From an uncultured Desulfohalobiaceae bacterium (GTDB taxonomy: Bacteria > Desulfobacterota > Desulfovibrionia > Desulfovibrionales > Desulfothermaceae): DNA of 64,000 bases. Location: assembly GCA_964562725.1 (NCBI GenBank), contig CAZLUR010000001.1, forward strand, positions 34,301 through 98,300, read 5' to 3'. The notes under the pieces were generated by a model. That model was not told where the DNA came from. It did no database searches and saw only the letters and a program-made list of their open reading frames with translations. Every line of letters starts with the position of its first letter. The first letter of the stretch is position 1. Shown here one piece after another: positions 29,768-38,767 of the stretch. The translations under genes and the position numbers were made by a program.

Positions 29768-31432
29768 ATGTCTGGCAAGAACCTCACATCCAACTATAGA
29801 CCGCAGGCTTTCAACCAGGTCCTGGGGCAGGAGGCAGTGTGCACCATACTCTCCAGGGCTGCAGCTAAAGACAGGATGGCCCCGGCCTATATGTTTAGTG
29901 GGACTAGAGGCGTGGGCAAAACTACTGTGGCCAGGATTCTGGCTAAGGCGGTCAATTGCAGGCAGGCCCCTGCTGCTGAGCCTTGCAATAAATGCAGTCT
30001 TTGCAGGCAGATCACTCAGGGAACCAGCCTGGATGTGCAGGAAATAGACGGGGCTTCACATACTGGAGTGGATCATGTGCGCAGACTAAACGAGGACGTG
30101 GGTTATTTCCCCCTGGAGTGCAGATATAAGATAATTATCATAGATGAAGCGCACATGCTTTCCAAATCTGCATTTAACGCCTTACTCAAAACCTTGGAAG
30201 AGCCCCCGGGGCATGCGCTGTTTGTCCTGGCCACTACTGAGCCCCACAAATTTCCAGCCACCATTGTCAGCCGATGTCAGCATTTCAGCTTTAAACTGGT
30301 GCCTGCCAAAGATCTGGTGCGGCATATGGGCAGCATCCTGCAACAAGAAACAGTACGTTGGCAGGAGCAGGCCCTGGAGCTTTTGGCCAGAAAAGCTTCA
30401 GGCAGCGTACGGGATGCTTTATCCATGCTGGATCAGGTACTGGCCCTGGGGGAAAAGGAATTAACGTCTGAGCAGGTGCGCAGCATTCTAGGTATTGCTG
30501 GGCAAAGCAGCATGCAAGACTTGTTTAAGGCCTTTGCGAAACAGGACTGTCTGGCTGTATCCAATATGGTAAGTCAGCTGCTGGAACAGGGTTTGGATTT
30601 GGGTTTTTTTCTGCAGGAACTGGTGGCATCCTGGAGAAATCTATTTATTTTGAAGCAGGCTGGTGAAAAAGGCGTGGAATTTTTGGGCCTGCCCCAAGAG
30701 GAAATCATGGTCTGGCAGGATTTGGCTGCTGTTTTGCCCTTGGCTCAGATCCACGCAGCCTGGCAGATGACCCTGGAAGGCCAAAGACAGGTAGTCAGTA
30801 GTGCTGACCCTGGATTAGCCTTAGAACTTTTACTGTTCAATATCACTTTTCTGCCGAATCTGATGCCTTTGGAACATATTTCAGGTCTGGGGCAGGGCTC
30901 TAACTCTTGGGTCCAAAATGCTATACCTGCAGGGCATAGGGAACAGACCTCAGACCGGGGGCAGCAGGGCCAGCCAGAGGCCAAGAGCAAGAGCTCAGAC
31001 TCTATTGCCTGCACAGGACCAGCAAAGTATGCAGGGCAGCAGACTCAAGACTGGGCCGGGTTCATGCAATATCTGACCCAGAGCAGCTATCATGAACAAT
31101 TACCCAGCATGAACCCTGTGCAGGGCCAGGTTCAGGGCAGTAAGCTGTTCATATTCTGCCCTAACTTTTGGAAACAAAGGCTGCAGGCCAAAGATGGCCA
31201 GCGTCTGTTGCAGGCAGCAGCCCAGGAATATTTCCAGGATTATTTGGAGTTGGAGCTGGTGCCGGTCAATAATGGCTGCCAAACTCAGGACGCGAGCCAG
31301 GAACAGGATCAGGATCTGCAAGAAAAGATATGTCAGGAACCAACAGTACAGTTAGTATTGCAGGAGTTTGAAGGCAGGATCTTGGAAGTAAGATCCAAAT
31401 TCAAGGAGAATGCCGGAAGACAAGGTCAGTAG
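29768..31432 (+). CDS. dnaX: DNA polymerase III subunit gamma/tau
   Basis: GTRGVGKTTVARILAKAVNC, a Zn module (CNKCSLC), IIIDEAHMLS and SRCQ.F.F; 554 aa. Confidence 0.92.
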   Translation: MSGKNLTSNYRPQAFNQVLGQEAVCTILSRAAAKDRMAPAYMFSGTRGVGKTTVARILAKAVNCRQAPAAEPCNKCSLCRQITQGTSLDVQEIDGASHTGVDHVRRLNEDVGYFPLECRYKIIIIDEAHMLSKSAFNALLKTLEEPPGHALFVLATTEPHKFPATIVSRCQHFSFKLVPAKDLVRHMGSILQQETVRWQEQALELLARKASGSVRDALSMLDQVLALGEKELTSEQVRSILGIAGQSSMQDLFKAFAKQDCLAVSNMVSQLLEQGLDLGFFLQELVASWRNLFILKQAGEKGVEFLGLPQEEIMVWQDLAAVLPLAQIHAAWQMTLEGQRQVVSSADPGLALELLLFNITFLPNLMPLEHISGLGQGSNSWVQNAIPAGHREQTSDRGQQGQPEAKSKSSDSIACTGPAKYAGQQTQDWAGFMQYLTQSSYHEQLPSMNPVQGQVQGSKLFIFCPNFWKQRLQAKDGQRLLQAAAQEYFQDYLELELVPVNNGCQTQDASQEQDQDLQEKICQEPTVQLVLQEFEGRILEVRSKFKENAGRQGQ

Positions 31433-31492
31433 GCAGGCGCAGGAACAAGCCTAATATTTTTTTAAATTTCACAAACCGGAGGTATATGGCAA

Positions 31493-31807
31493 ATGGGTAT
31501 GCAGGATATGATGCGTCAGGCCCAGCAATTGCAAAAGAAGATGGCCCAGGTGCAACAAGAAATGGCCAATACTGAAGTGGAGGCCAGTGCAGGTGGAGGC
31601 ATGGTAACGGTCAGCGCCACAGGCTCCCTGGAGATCAGAGCAATCAAGATAGACCCTTCAGTGGTGGACCCTGAAGATGTGCAAATGCTTGAGGACTTGA
31701 TTTTAGCCGCCAGCAATGAGGCTTTGAAAAAGGCTAGGGAAATGATGGAAAGTGAGATGTCCAAAGTGACCGGAGGACTTAACCTGCCCGGCATGGGCAT
31801 GATGTAA
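31493..31807 (+). CDS. ybaB: Nucleoid-associated protein YbaB/EbfC
   Basis: 104 aa with MMRQAQQLQKKM...GGGMVTV. In the classic dnaX-ybaB-recR arrangement. Confidence 0.9.
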   Translation: MGMQDMMRQAQQLQKKMAQVQQEMANTEVEASAGGGMVTVSATGSLEIRAIKIDPSVVDPEDVQMLEDLILAASNEALKKAREMMESEMSKVTGGLNLPGMGMM

Positions 31808-31828
31808 AGCCAGACCAGGAGGACCTCG

Positions 31829-32437
31829 GTGCAGAAATTACCCCAAGCCTTGCAGGAAGTGGTGCAACAGCTGGCTGCCTTGCCCGGTGTAGGACCTAAG
31901 TCAGCCCTGCGCATGGGATTGACCCTGTTGCAGTGGCCTGAGCACAAGGCTCGCAGCCTGGGCAAATCCATTCTCAGCCTCAGGGATTCGCTGTCTCTGT
32001 GTTCTGAATGCGGGGCCTTGTCTGATTCAGACCCTTGCGCCTTGTGTACAGATCCTGAACGCAGGGAGGATATCTTGTGTTTGGTGGCTGATTGGGATGC
32101 TTTGTTGGTCATTGAGCAGGCAGGATTTTTCCAGGGCAAGTACCTGATCTTGGGCGGGCTGCTTTCTCCCTTGGACGGGGTACAGACTGGCCAGCTTGAT
32201 GTTGAGCGCTTGAGAGCAAAATTGAGTTCGGGCCAGGTGCAGGAACTGGTTCTGGCCCTAGGTAGCACCAGGAATGCGGAAGCCACTGAATCTTTTATTT
32301 CTAATCTGGTGCACAGGGAATTCCCCCAGATCAGAATAAGCAGACTGGCTCAGGGTATTCCCGTGGGTTCAGACTTGCAATATGTGGATCAGGAGACCTT
32401 GAAGCAATCCATGCATTATAGGCAGAGACTTTGTTAG
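31829..32437 (+). CDS. recR: Recombination protein RecR
   Basis: LPGVGPKSALRM helix-hairpin-helix, C4 zinc finger (CSECG...CALC) and Toprim domain. GTG start with AGGAGG 6 nt upstream. Confidence 0.92.
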   Translation: MQKLPQALQEVVQQLAALPGVGPKSALRMGLTLLQWPEHKARSLGKSILSLRDSLSLCSECGALSDSDPCALCTDPERREDILCLVADWDALLVIEQAGFFQGKYLILGGLLSPLDGVQTGQLDVERLRAKLSSGQVQELVLALGSTRNAEATESFISNLVHREFPQIRISRLAQGIPVGSDLQYVDQETLKQSMHYRQRLC

Positions 32438-32563
32438 CCCTGCCATTAGCCCCACCTGGGCCTAACCTGTTTTGCTTGCTTGTCCTGGCAGCTTCAGTAA
32501 TTGACCGGGGTACAGATAACTTTATCAACGCGGGCCATACCCTGCTTGGCCCAGGCCGAAAAT

Positions 32564-34744
32564 ATGTGCAGCAGCCTTGTAGGTGAAATCCAGCACATCG
32601 TGTTCTATAACCCTCAGACCCAGTATGTGGTGGCTAAACTCAAATGCCCTGATGTGCTGCCCCAAGTTACAGTTGTTGGTCAATTGGGGCAATTGGCGCC
32701 TGGAGAAAAGGTGATTCTATCCGGAACATGGCAGGATCATCCCAAATTTGGCAAGCAGTTCCAGGCGGGCCGTTGCCAGCAAAGAATTTTGGCCAGTGAG
32801 AACGGAATCAGGCGCTATCTTGGTTCAGGCTTGATCAAGGGTGTTGGCCCGGCATTGGCTGCAAGGCTTGTGCAGAATTTCGGCAATTCTGTTTTGGAGA
32901 TATTGGAAAAGGAGCCGGAAAAGCTGCTCCAGGTGGATGGAGTGGGCCCCAAGAAGCTGGAGAGCATAAAGCATTCTTGGGACAAGCAAAGGGAAATTCG
33001 GGAGGTCATTCTTTTTTTGCAGGAGCATTCAGTACCCACCACTTTTGCGAGCCGTATTTTTCAGCATTATGGTGCAGAATCTGTAGACAAGCTCAAGCAG
33101 AATCCCTATGACCTGGCCTATGAAATCCGGGGCATAGGGTTTAAGACAGCCGATGCAATGGCCGGCAGGCTGGGCTTTGCTGCAGACAGCCCCCAACGCC
33201 TGGAGGCTGCGCTGGTCTATTGTTTGTTTCAATTAAGCGAACAGGGCCATTTGTTCTTTCCCAAGGAGAAATTGCTGCAGAAAGTGTCCTACATGCTGGA
33301 CATGGCGGATGAATCGGCCTTGATGCAGGCTCTGGAGACCTTGCAAGTCAAGAAAAAGATACTGATCCAGGATCTGCCTGAACAGGGTATAGAAGATGCT
33401 GTTTTTCTGCGCCATTTTTATCGATGGGAAGTGGAGCTGGCACAAAGGATAATGGATCTACTGCACCATCCAGGCAACAGCCCGGAGAAGAAGCTAATGC
33501 AGGTGGTTAAGGATTTGCAGAATAAAAAAGGGCTTTTTTTGTCCGGGGAACAGCAACAGGCTGTGCTCCAGGCCTGTTTGCACAAGATCTATATTATTAC
33601 CGGAGGCCCAGGCACGGGCAAGACCACCTTGACCAGGTTTATTGTACAGGCCCTAAGCCGTCTGCAACTCAAGGTCAAATTGGCTGCACCTACAGGGCGG
33701 GCCAGCAAGAGGCTGGCCGAGGCTACACTCAAGCCCGCCCAAACCATCCACCGCTTACTTGGCTTCAGCCCGGGCAGCGGGTTTGAAAAGGGCCCGGACA
33801 AGAAGATCAGGGCGGACGTGCTGCTGGTAGACGAGGCCTCCATGCTGGATTGTCAACTCTGTCTGCAGCTTTTGCGGGCCATGCACTTAAATGGCAGGCT
33901 GATCCTGATCGGGGATGCCAACCAGCTGCCGGCTGTTGGACCAGGTAATGTGCTGCAGGATTTGCTGCAAAGCAGGGTCATCCCCAACCTGGAGCTAAAA
34001 CAGATCTTTCGTCAAGCCAGAGAGAGTTCGCTGGTGGTTAATGCGCACCGTATAAATCAGGGCCAGTTCCCGATATCCAGCCCGAAAAAGGCACCAGAGG
34101 CAGATTTTTTCTGGGTGGAAAAAGGGGATCCTGAGCAGGTGCAGGAGATAATCTTGCACTTAGCCTGTCAGAGGGCGCCCCAGGTTTATGGTCTGGATGC
34201 AAAAAAGGATATTCAAGTACTCAGCCCCATGCACAAAGGCAAAGTGGGCACTGCAGAGCTGAACAGGCTACTGCAGGCAAGATTGAATCCAAATGCCGGT
34301 CCAGGGCTGAATGTCCGGGACAATATTTTGCGCAAAGGGGATCGGGTTTTGCAAGTGCGCAATAATTATGAAAAAAACATATTCAATGGGGATCTGGGCT
34401 GGGTAGTGAAGGTAGACGAGCAAGCCAGGGAGCTTGTGGTGGATTTTGAGGGTCAAGAGATTGCTTATGAGCAGGCCGAGCTGGATGAATTAGCTCTGGC
34501 CTACTGCCTGAGCGTACACAAAGCACAGGGCAGTGAATACCCGGCAATCATACTGCCGGTGGTTGCTCAGCATTTTTTGCTTTTGGAGCGCAATCTGATC
34601 TATACTGCTTTGACCCGGGCCAGAAGGCTGGCGGTTTTGATAGGCGAAAAAAAAGCTCTGGCCATAGGCATCAAAAATCAAAAATCCCATTTGCGTTATA
34701 CCCATTTGCAGCATCGGTTGAGTAACATGCTGTGCAGGGTCTGA
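32564..34744 (+). CDS. recD2: ATP-dependent RecD2-like SF1 DNA helicase
   Basis: GGPGTGKTT Walker A, LLVDEASMLD, IGDANQLPAVGPG and SVHKAQGSE...YTALTRAR. The start is uncertain (ATG 32564 or TTG 32501). Confidence 0.85.
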   Translation: MCSSLVGEIQHIVFYNPQTQYVVAKLKCPDVLPQVTVVGQLGQLAPGEKVILSGTWQDHPKFGKQFQAGRCQQRILASENGIRRYLGSGLIKGVGPALAARLVQNFGNSVLEILEKEPEKLLQVDGVGPKKLESIKHSWDKQREIREVILFLQEHSVPTTFASRIFQHYGAESVDKLKQNPYDLAYEIRGIGFKTADAMAGRLGFAADSPQRLEAALVYCLFQLSEQGHLFFPKEKLLQKVSYMLDMADESALMQALETLQVKKKILIQDLPEQGIEDAVFLRHFYRWEVELAQRIMDLLHHPGNSPEKKLMQVVKDLQNKKGLFLSGEQQQAVLQACLHKIYIITGGPGTGKTTLTRFIVQALSRLQLKVKLAAPTGRASKRLAEATLKPAQTIHRLLGFSPGSGFEKGPDKKIRADVLLVDEASMLDCQLCLQLLRAMHLNGRLILIGDANQLPAVGPGNVLQDLLQSRVIPNLELKQIFRQARESSLVVNAHRINQGQFPISSPKKAPEADFFWVEKGDPEQVQEIILHLACQRAPQVYGLDAKKDIQVLSPMHKGKVGTAELNRLLQARLNPNAGPGLNVRDNILRKGDRVLQVRNNYEKNIFNGDLGWVVKVDEQARELVVDFEGQEIAYEQAELDELALAYCLSVHKAQGSEYPAIILPVVAQHFLLLERNLIYTALTRARRLAVLIGEKKALAIGIKNQKSHLRYTHLQHRLSNMLCRV

Positions 34745-34840
34745 CCTGGCTGCATGCCCGAGGCCTGATCCTTTGGCGGGTTAAGGCCAAACAACAAAAT
34801 TATAGTCTGAAGGGAGCTAGTCAAGCAAGAGCCGGCAGAG

Positions 34841-34869
34841 TTGACAACTTGTAGGGGGCTGTTTAGTTT
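34841..34869 (+). promoter_or_regulatory. Candidate sigma70 promoter for tRNA-Leu
   Basis: TTGACA (34841-46), a 17-nt spacer, then TAGTTT (34864-69), about 18 nt upstream of the tRNA. The -10 element is weak. Confidence 0.3.
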
Positions 34870-34886
34870 TAAAAGTCTAGATTATG

Positions 34887-34971
34887 GCGAGAGTGGCGGA
34901 ATTGGTAGACGCACTGGACTTAGGATCCAGCGGCTTATGCCGTGGGAGTTCGAATCTCCCCTCTCGCACCA
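34887..34971 (+). tRNA. tRNA-Leu (anticodon TAG), long variable arm, CCA encoded
   Basis: Folded by hand: GCGAGAG acceptor, anticodon stem-loop CTGGA-CTTAGGA-TCCAG, variable arm CGGCTTATGCCGT, T arm GGGAG-TTCGAAT-CTCCC, then CTCTCGC-A-CCA; 85 nt. Confidence 0.9.
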
Positions 34972-34985
34972 GTGTGCGTTTCCGC

Positions 34986-35015
34986 AGCCTGGAGCTTTCC
35001 AGGCTTTATTATTTT
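34986..35015 (+). terminator. Rho-independent terminator after tRNA-Leu
   Basis: agcctgga-gctt-tccaggct is a perfect 8-bp stem, followed by ttattatttt. Confidence 0.7.
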
Positions 35016-35084
35016 CAAGGCCGGATTGGGTACTGGTTAGTATCCTGATAGGGGTGAATAACATTTAAGGGGGGCTAGAAAAAA

Positions 35085-36467
35085 ATGGAATATCAGGTGC
35101 AGGATTTGTCCTCAGTAAAGAAAAGAGTCCAGGTGCAGGTTCCTGCTGAAGAGATCAATGCTGCTTTGGAAGCCACGATTGCTGTTATGCGCAAGGATTT
35201 GAAACTATCTGGCTTCAGGAAGGGTAAAGTACCCTCCAGTGTAGTAGAGAGCAGGTTCAAGAAAGATATTTACGAGCAGGCAGGCAAGGATCTGCTTAAT
35301 GTTCATTTCAGTCAGATTTTTGGAGAATTAGGAGTGGAGCCCTTGTCTGGACTAGAAGTGGAAGAATTGGGACAGATAGAACGGGACAATGACTTAAATT
35401 ATGCCTTTAACTTTGAAATTCGGCCAGAAATTGATCTTCCGGAATATAATGGATTGCAGGCCACCCAGAGGCAGGTCAAAGTCACGCCGGAAATGGTGGA
35501 GACCATGCTCAGCAGGCTGCAAAGAGAGCAGAGCAAACTGGTTCTGGTTAAAGAAGACAGGCCAGCTAAGGACGGGGAGGTGGCTGTGATCAGTTTTGCA
35601 GCCTACAAAGACGGTCAACTGCTGTCAGGTGTCCAAAGTGAAAACATGGAACTGTCGTTGGGTGAGGGTCAGGCCCTGCAGGAGTTTGAAGATCTGGTGA
35701 AAACTTTGCACCCGGGACAAAGCGGTACAGGGCAGATCACTTTTCCTCAGGATTTTCTGAATCAGGACCTGGCAGGGCAGACTGCCCAGGTGGAAGTGAC
35801 CTTAAAGGTGATCAAACAAAGAGAACTGCCAGAATTAAATGATGAATTTGCCAGCACTCTGGGGGGATTCGAAAGTATGCAGCAGCTGCGGGAGGCTGTG
35901 CAGGACAGGTTTAAGAACTATTTTCAGCGTATTGAGCGTTCCAAGACCCAGAAGCAGCTTTTGGACCAGATTGTTTCCCAGCTGGAAGTGGAATTGCCTG
36001 ATTCCATGCTGGAATCTCAGCTGCAAAGGATGCTGGAGAACAAGAAGGCCAGACTGGAAGAGCAAGGGAAAAGCCTGGCTGCAGAAGGAACTGAGCAAGA
36101 GATAAAGGAAAAACTGCGACCCGAGGCAGAGGAAATAGTTAAGTCCCATCTGGTACTGTTGGCTGTGGCCCGCAACGAAGAGCTTGCAGTGAGCAATCAG
36201 GAAGTCGAGCAGCATTTGTACCAAATAGCCCTGGAATCTGGACAGGACCCTAAACAATTGAAAGAATATTATGAGCAGAATAACCTCATGTTTGCCCTGC
36301 GGGACAGCCTGCTGGCAGATAAGGCCATGGGAGTGATCTACGATCAGGCCCGGATAGAAGAAGCGGAATCCTCTCCAGCACCAGAAGAGCAAGGCACAGA
36401 GCCCCAAACAGAAAAGCAGGAAAAAGAAGTCCAGGAACAGACCAGACAGGAAGACTTGGAACAATAA
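35085..36467 (+). CDS. tig: Trigger factor
   Basis: Ribosome-binding motif GFRKGKVP, a PPIase-like middle domain and a C-terminal arm domain with an acidic tail; 460 aa; upstream of clpP-clpX. Confidence 0.93.
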   Translation: MEYQVQDLSSVKKRVQVQVPAEEINAALEATIAVMRKDLKLSGFRKGKVPSSVVESRFKKDIYEQAGKDLLNVHFSQIFGELGVEPLSGLEVEELGQIERDNDLNYAFNFEIRPEIDLPEYNGLQATQRQVKVTPEMVETMLSRLQREQSKLVLVKEDRPAKDGEVAVISFAAYKDGQLLSGVQSENMELSLGEGQALQEFEDLVKTLHPGQSGTGQITFPQDFLNQDLAGQTAQVEVTLKVIKQRELPELNDEFASTLGGFESMQQLREAVQDRFKNYFQRIERSKTQKQLLDQIVSQLEVELPDSMLESQLQRMLENKKARLEEQGKSLAAEGTEQEIKEKLRPEAEEIVKSHLVLLAVARNEELAVSNQEVEQHLYQIALESGQDPKQLKEYYEQNNLMFALRDSLLADKAMGVIYDQARIEEAESSPAPEEQGTEPQTEKQEKEVQEQTRQEDLEQ

Positions 36468-36556
36468 ATGACAGCAGTTTCTCGTGCCTGGGCCAAATTT
36501 GTGGATTATTTACTTGCAGTTGTGGATATAAATTTCAGAGATCAGGACATTGAATC

Positions 36557-36584
36557 TTGAAGCTGCAAGTGATAAATTTAATAT
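36557..36584 (+). promoter_or_regulatory. Candidate promoter upstream of clpP
   Basis: TTGAAG (36557-62), a 16-nt spacer, then TAATAT (36579-84), about 20 nt before the AAGGAG Shine-Dalgarno. The CTTGAA -35 element is also sigma32-like. Not verifiable here. Confidence 0.3.
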
Positions 36585-36616
36585 AACAATAATGGCTGAA
36601 AGCAAGGAGCTTGCAA

Positions 36617-37216
36617 ATGACCAGCGCCAATATACCCATTGTAATCGAGACTACAGGCCGCGGAGAAAGGGCCTATGATATTTATTCCCGGCTGTTGCGG
36701 GACAGGATTATCCTCTTGGGTACCCCCATAGATGATTATATTTCTAATTTGCTGTGCGCTCAGCTGCTTTTTCTGGAATCAGAAGATCAGGACAAAGAGA
36801 TAAATTTTTATATAAACAGCCCAGGTGGCTCAGTGACTGCCGGTCTGGCAGTATACGACACAATGCAGTACATCTCAGCCCCTGTGGCCACACTCTGCCT
36901 GGGCCAGGCCGCAAGCATGGCTGCTGTGCTTTTGGCTGCAGGCAATCCAGGAATGCGTTATGCCCTGCCCCATAGCAGAGTCCTGCTGCATCAGCCTATG
37001 GGTGGTTTCCAAGGGCAGGCCACTGACATTGACATTCAGGCCAGAGAGATTATTCGTTTAAAGGGTAAGTTGAATCAGATTATATCTGAACATACCGGCC
37101 AGAAGCTGGAAAAAGTGGAGCAGGATACTGACCGGGACTATTTTATGGTCGCGGAAGAAGCCAGGGATTATGGAGTAGTTGATCAGGTACTAACTTCGCG
37201 CAAGGAGGCTGAATAA
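36617..37216 (+). CDS. clpP: ATP-dependent Clp protease proteolytic subunit
   Basis: [28 protein letters not shown] (catalytic Ser) and LLHQP.GG. ATG 36617 lies 7 nt after AAGGAG; the track ORF starts at TTG 36611. Confidence 0.95.
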   Translation: MTSANIPIVIETTGRGERAYDIYSRLLRDRIILLGTPIDDYISNLLCAQLLFLESEDQDKEINFYINSPGGSVTAGLAVYDTMQYISAPVATLCLGQAASMAAVLLAAGNPGMRYALPHSRVLLHQPMGGFQGQATDIDIQAREIIRLKGKLNQIISEHTGQKLEKVEQDTDRDYFMVAEEARDYGVVDQVLTSRKEAE

Positions 37217-37319
37217 TAGCCCCGGTTATTTTCTGCCCAGGGCATTTGGCCTGAATGCATTTAATAGAGGCTAGTGTCCTGTATTGTCTCAAATGTTGTT
37301 AATAAGAACCCTCCCCTGA

Positions 37320-37355
37320 CCCCTCCCTACTGCCCAAAGCGGCAGCAGGGAGGGG
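37320..37355 (+). terminator. GC-rich hairpin in the 213-nt clpP-clpX spacer (possible attenuator or processing site)
   Basis: cccctccctactgcc-caaagc-ggcagcagggagggg forms a 15-bp stem with one A/C mismatch. There is no U-tract. Confidence 0.4.
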
Positions 37356-37429
37356 AACTATAAACGAGTGGGCTCTATCTGATAAGCGAAAATTAATATG
37401 TGACTAGGTACTAGTGCATAGAGGTAATT

Positions 37430-38677
37430 ATGAGCAAGGATAAGGAAGTCTATTCCCAACTTAGCTGTTCTTTTTGCGGCAAGGATCAGGAAAGCGTACA
37501 AAGGCTGATTGCAGGCCCGGATGTCTATATTTGCGATGAATGCGTCAATCTGTGCAATGATATTTTAACCCAAGACAAAATAAGCGAGCACAGTGCAGAA
37601 GGTGGCCTGATGCCTCCTTCCGAGATCAATAAGGCCCTGGATGAATATATTATGGGCCAGGAACAGAGTAAACGCATTTTGTCTGTGGCGGTCTACAATC
37701 ATTACAAGCGGGTTTATTACCAGGAGTCCACAAACAAGGATGTGCAGCTGGACAAAAGCAATATCCTGCTTATTGGACCAACTGGTTCAGGCAAGACATT
37801 GATGGCCCAAACCTTGGCCAAAATACTGGACGTACCTTTTGCCCTGGCTGACGCTACCACCTTGACCGAAGCCGGGTATGTTGGTGAAGATGTGGAGAAT
37901 ATCCTGGTCCAGCTTTTGCAAAACGCAGATTATGACCTGGAATCTGCTTCCAAAGGTATAATTTACGTGGATGAGATTGATAAGATTTCGCGCAAATCAG
38001 ACAGCGCCTCCATAACCAGGGATGTCTCCGGAGAAGGGGTGCAGCAGGCTTTGCTGAAAATCATCGAAGGCACAATGGCCAATATTCCTCCGAAAGGCGG
38101 GCGCAAGCATCCCCAACAAGAATATATTCGCATGGACACCTCTAATATTTTGTTTGTCATGGGTGGTGCTTTTATTGGGCTGGAAAAGGTTATCCAGCAA
38201 AGGGTGCAGGGCAGCACTATGGGTTTTGGGTCAGAACTAAGGATTAAAAAAAATAAAAGCCTGGGAGAAATCCTGCGTCTGAACCAGCCTGAGGATTTGA
38301 TCAAGTTCGGACTAATCCCGGAATTTGTGGGCCGCATTCCAGTAATTTCAGCCTTGGACGAACTGGAAGAAGAGGACCTGGTACATATACTCACGGCACC
38401 TAAAAATGCATTGGTCAAGCAGTATCAGAAACTTTTCGAGTTGGATAATGTGCGCTTGCGCTTTACCCAGAATGCACTCAAGGCCATTGCCAAGCAGGCC
38501 ATGCAGAGGAAGACAGGCGCCAGGGGACTGCGCAGCGTTATGGAGTCCATTATGCTGGATATAATGTATAAATTACCCAGCATGCAAGGTGTGAAGGAAT
38601 GTGTCATAAATAAGGCTGTGGTGGAGAAGAAAGCCGAGCCTTTGCTCTTTTATCAGCAGCAGGCCAAAAGCGCCTGA
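37430..38677 (+). CDS. clpX: ATP-dependent Clp protease ATP-binding subunit ClpX
   Basis: N-terminal C4 zinc domain (CSFCGK...CDEC), [18 protein letters not shown] and an AAA+ fold; 415 aa. Confidence 0.95.
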   Translation: MSKDKEVYSQLSCSFCGKDQESVQRLIAGPDVYICDECVNLCNDILTQDKISEHSAEGGLMPPSEINKALDEYIMGQEQSKRILSVAVYNHYKRVYYQESTNKDVQLDKSNILLIGPTGSGKTLMAQTLAKILDVPFALADATTLTEAGYVGEDVENILVQLLQNADYDLESASKGIIYVDEIDKISRKSDSASITRDVSGEGVQQALLKIIEGTMANIPPKGGRKHPQQEYIRMDTSNILFVMGGAFIGLEKVIQQRVQGSTMGFGSELRIKKNKSLGEILRLNQPEDLIKFGLIPEFVGRIPVISALDELEEEDLVHILTAPKNALVKQYQKLFELDNVRLRFTQNALKAIAKQAMQRKTGARGLRSVMESIMLDIMYKLPSMQGVKECVINKAVVEKKAEPLLFYQQQAKSA

Positions 38678-38767
38678 GCAGGCTTTCGGAACTTCCCAGC
38701 CAGGACATGCCGCTTGCTTATGCAAAGCTTAACTGCAAGTTTTCATTTATAATAATAGATAAAAGGA

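Noticed and set aside
29768-31432. Programmed -1 frameshift site in dnaX (gamma subunit production)
   Set aside because: I found no canonical A-AAA-AAG slippery heptamer in the gene. The closest match, GAAAAAGG near 30665, lacks the pattern and a downstream hairpin.
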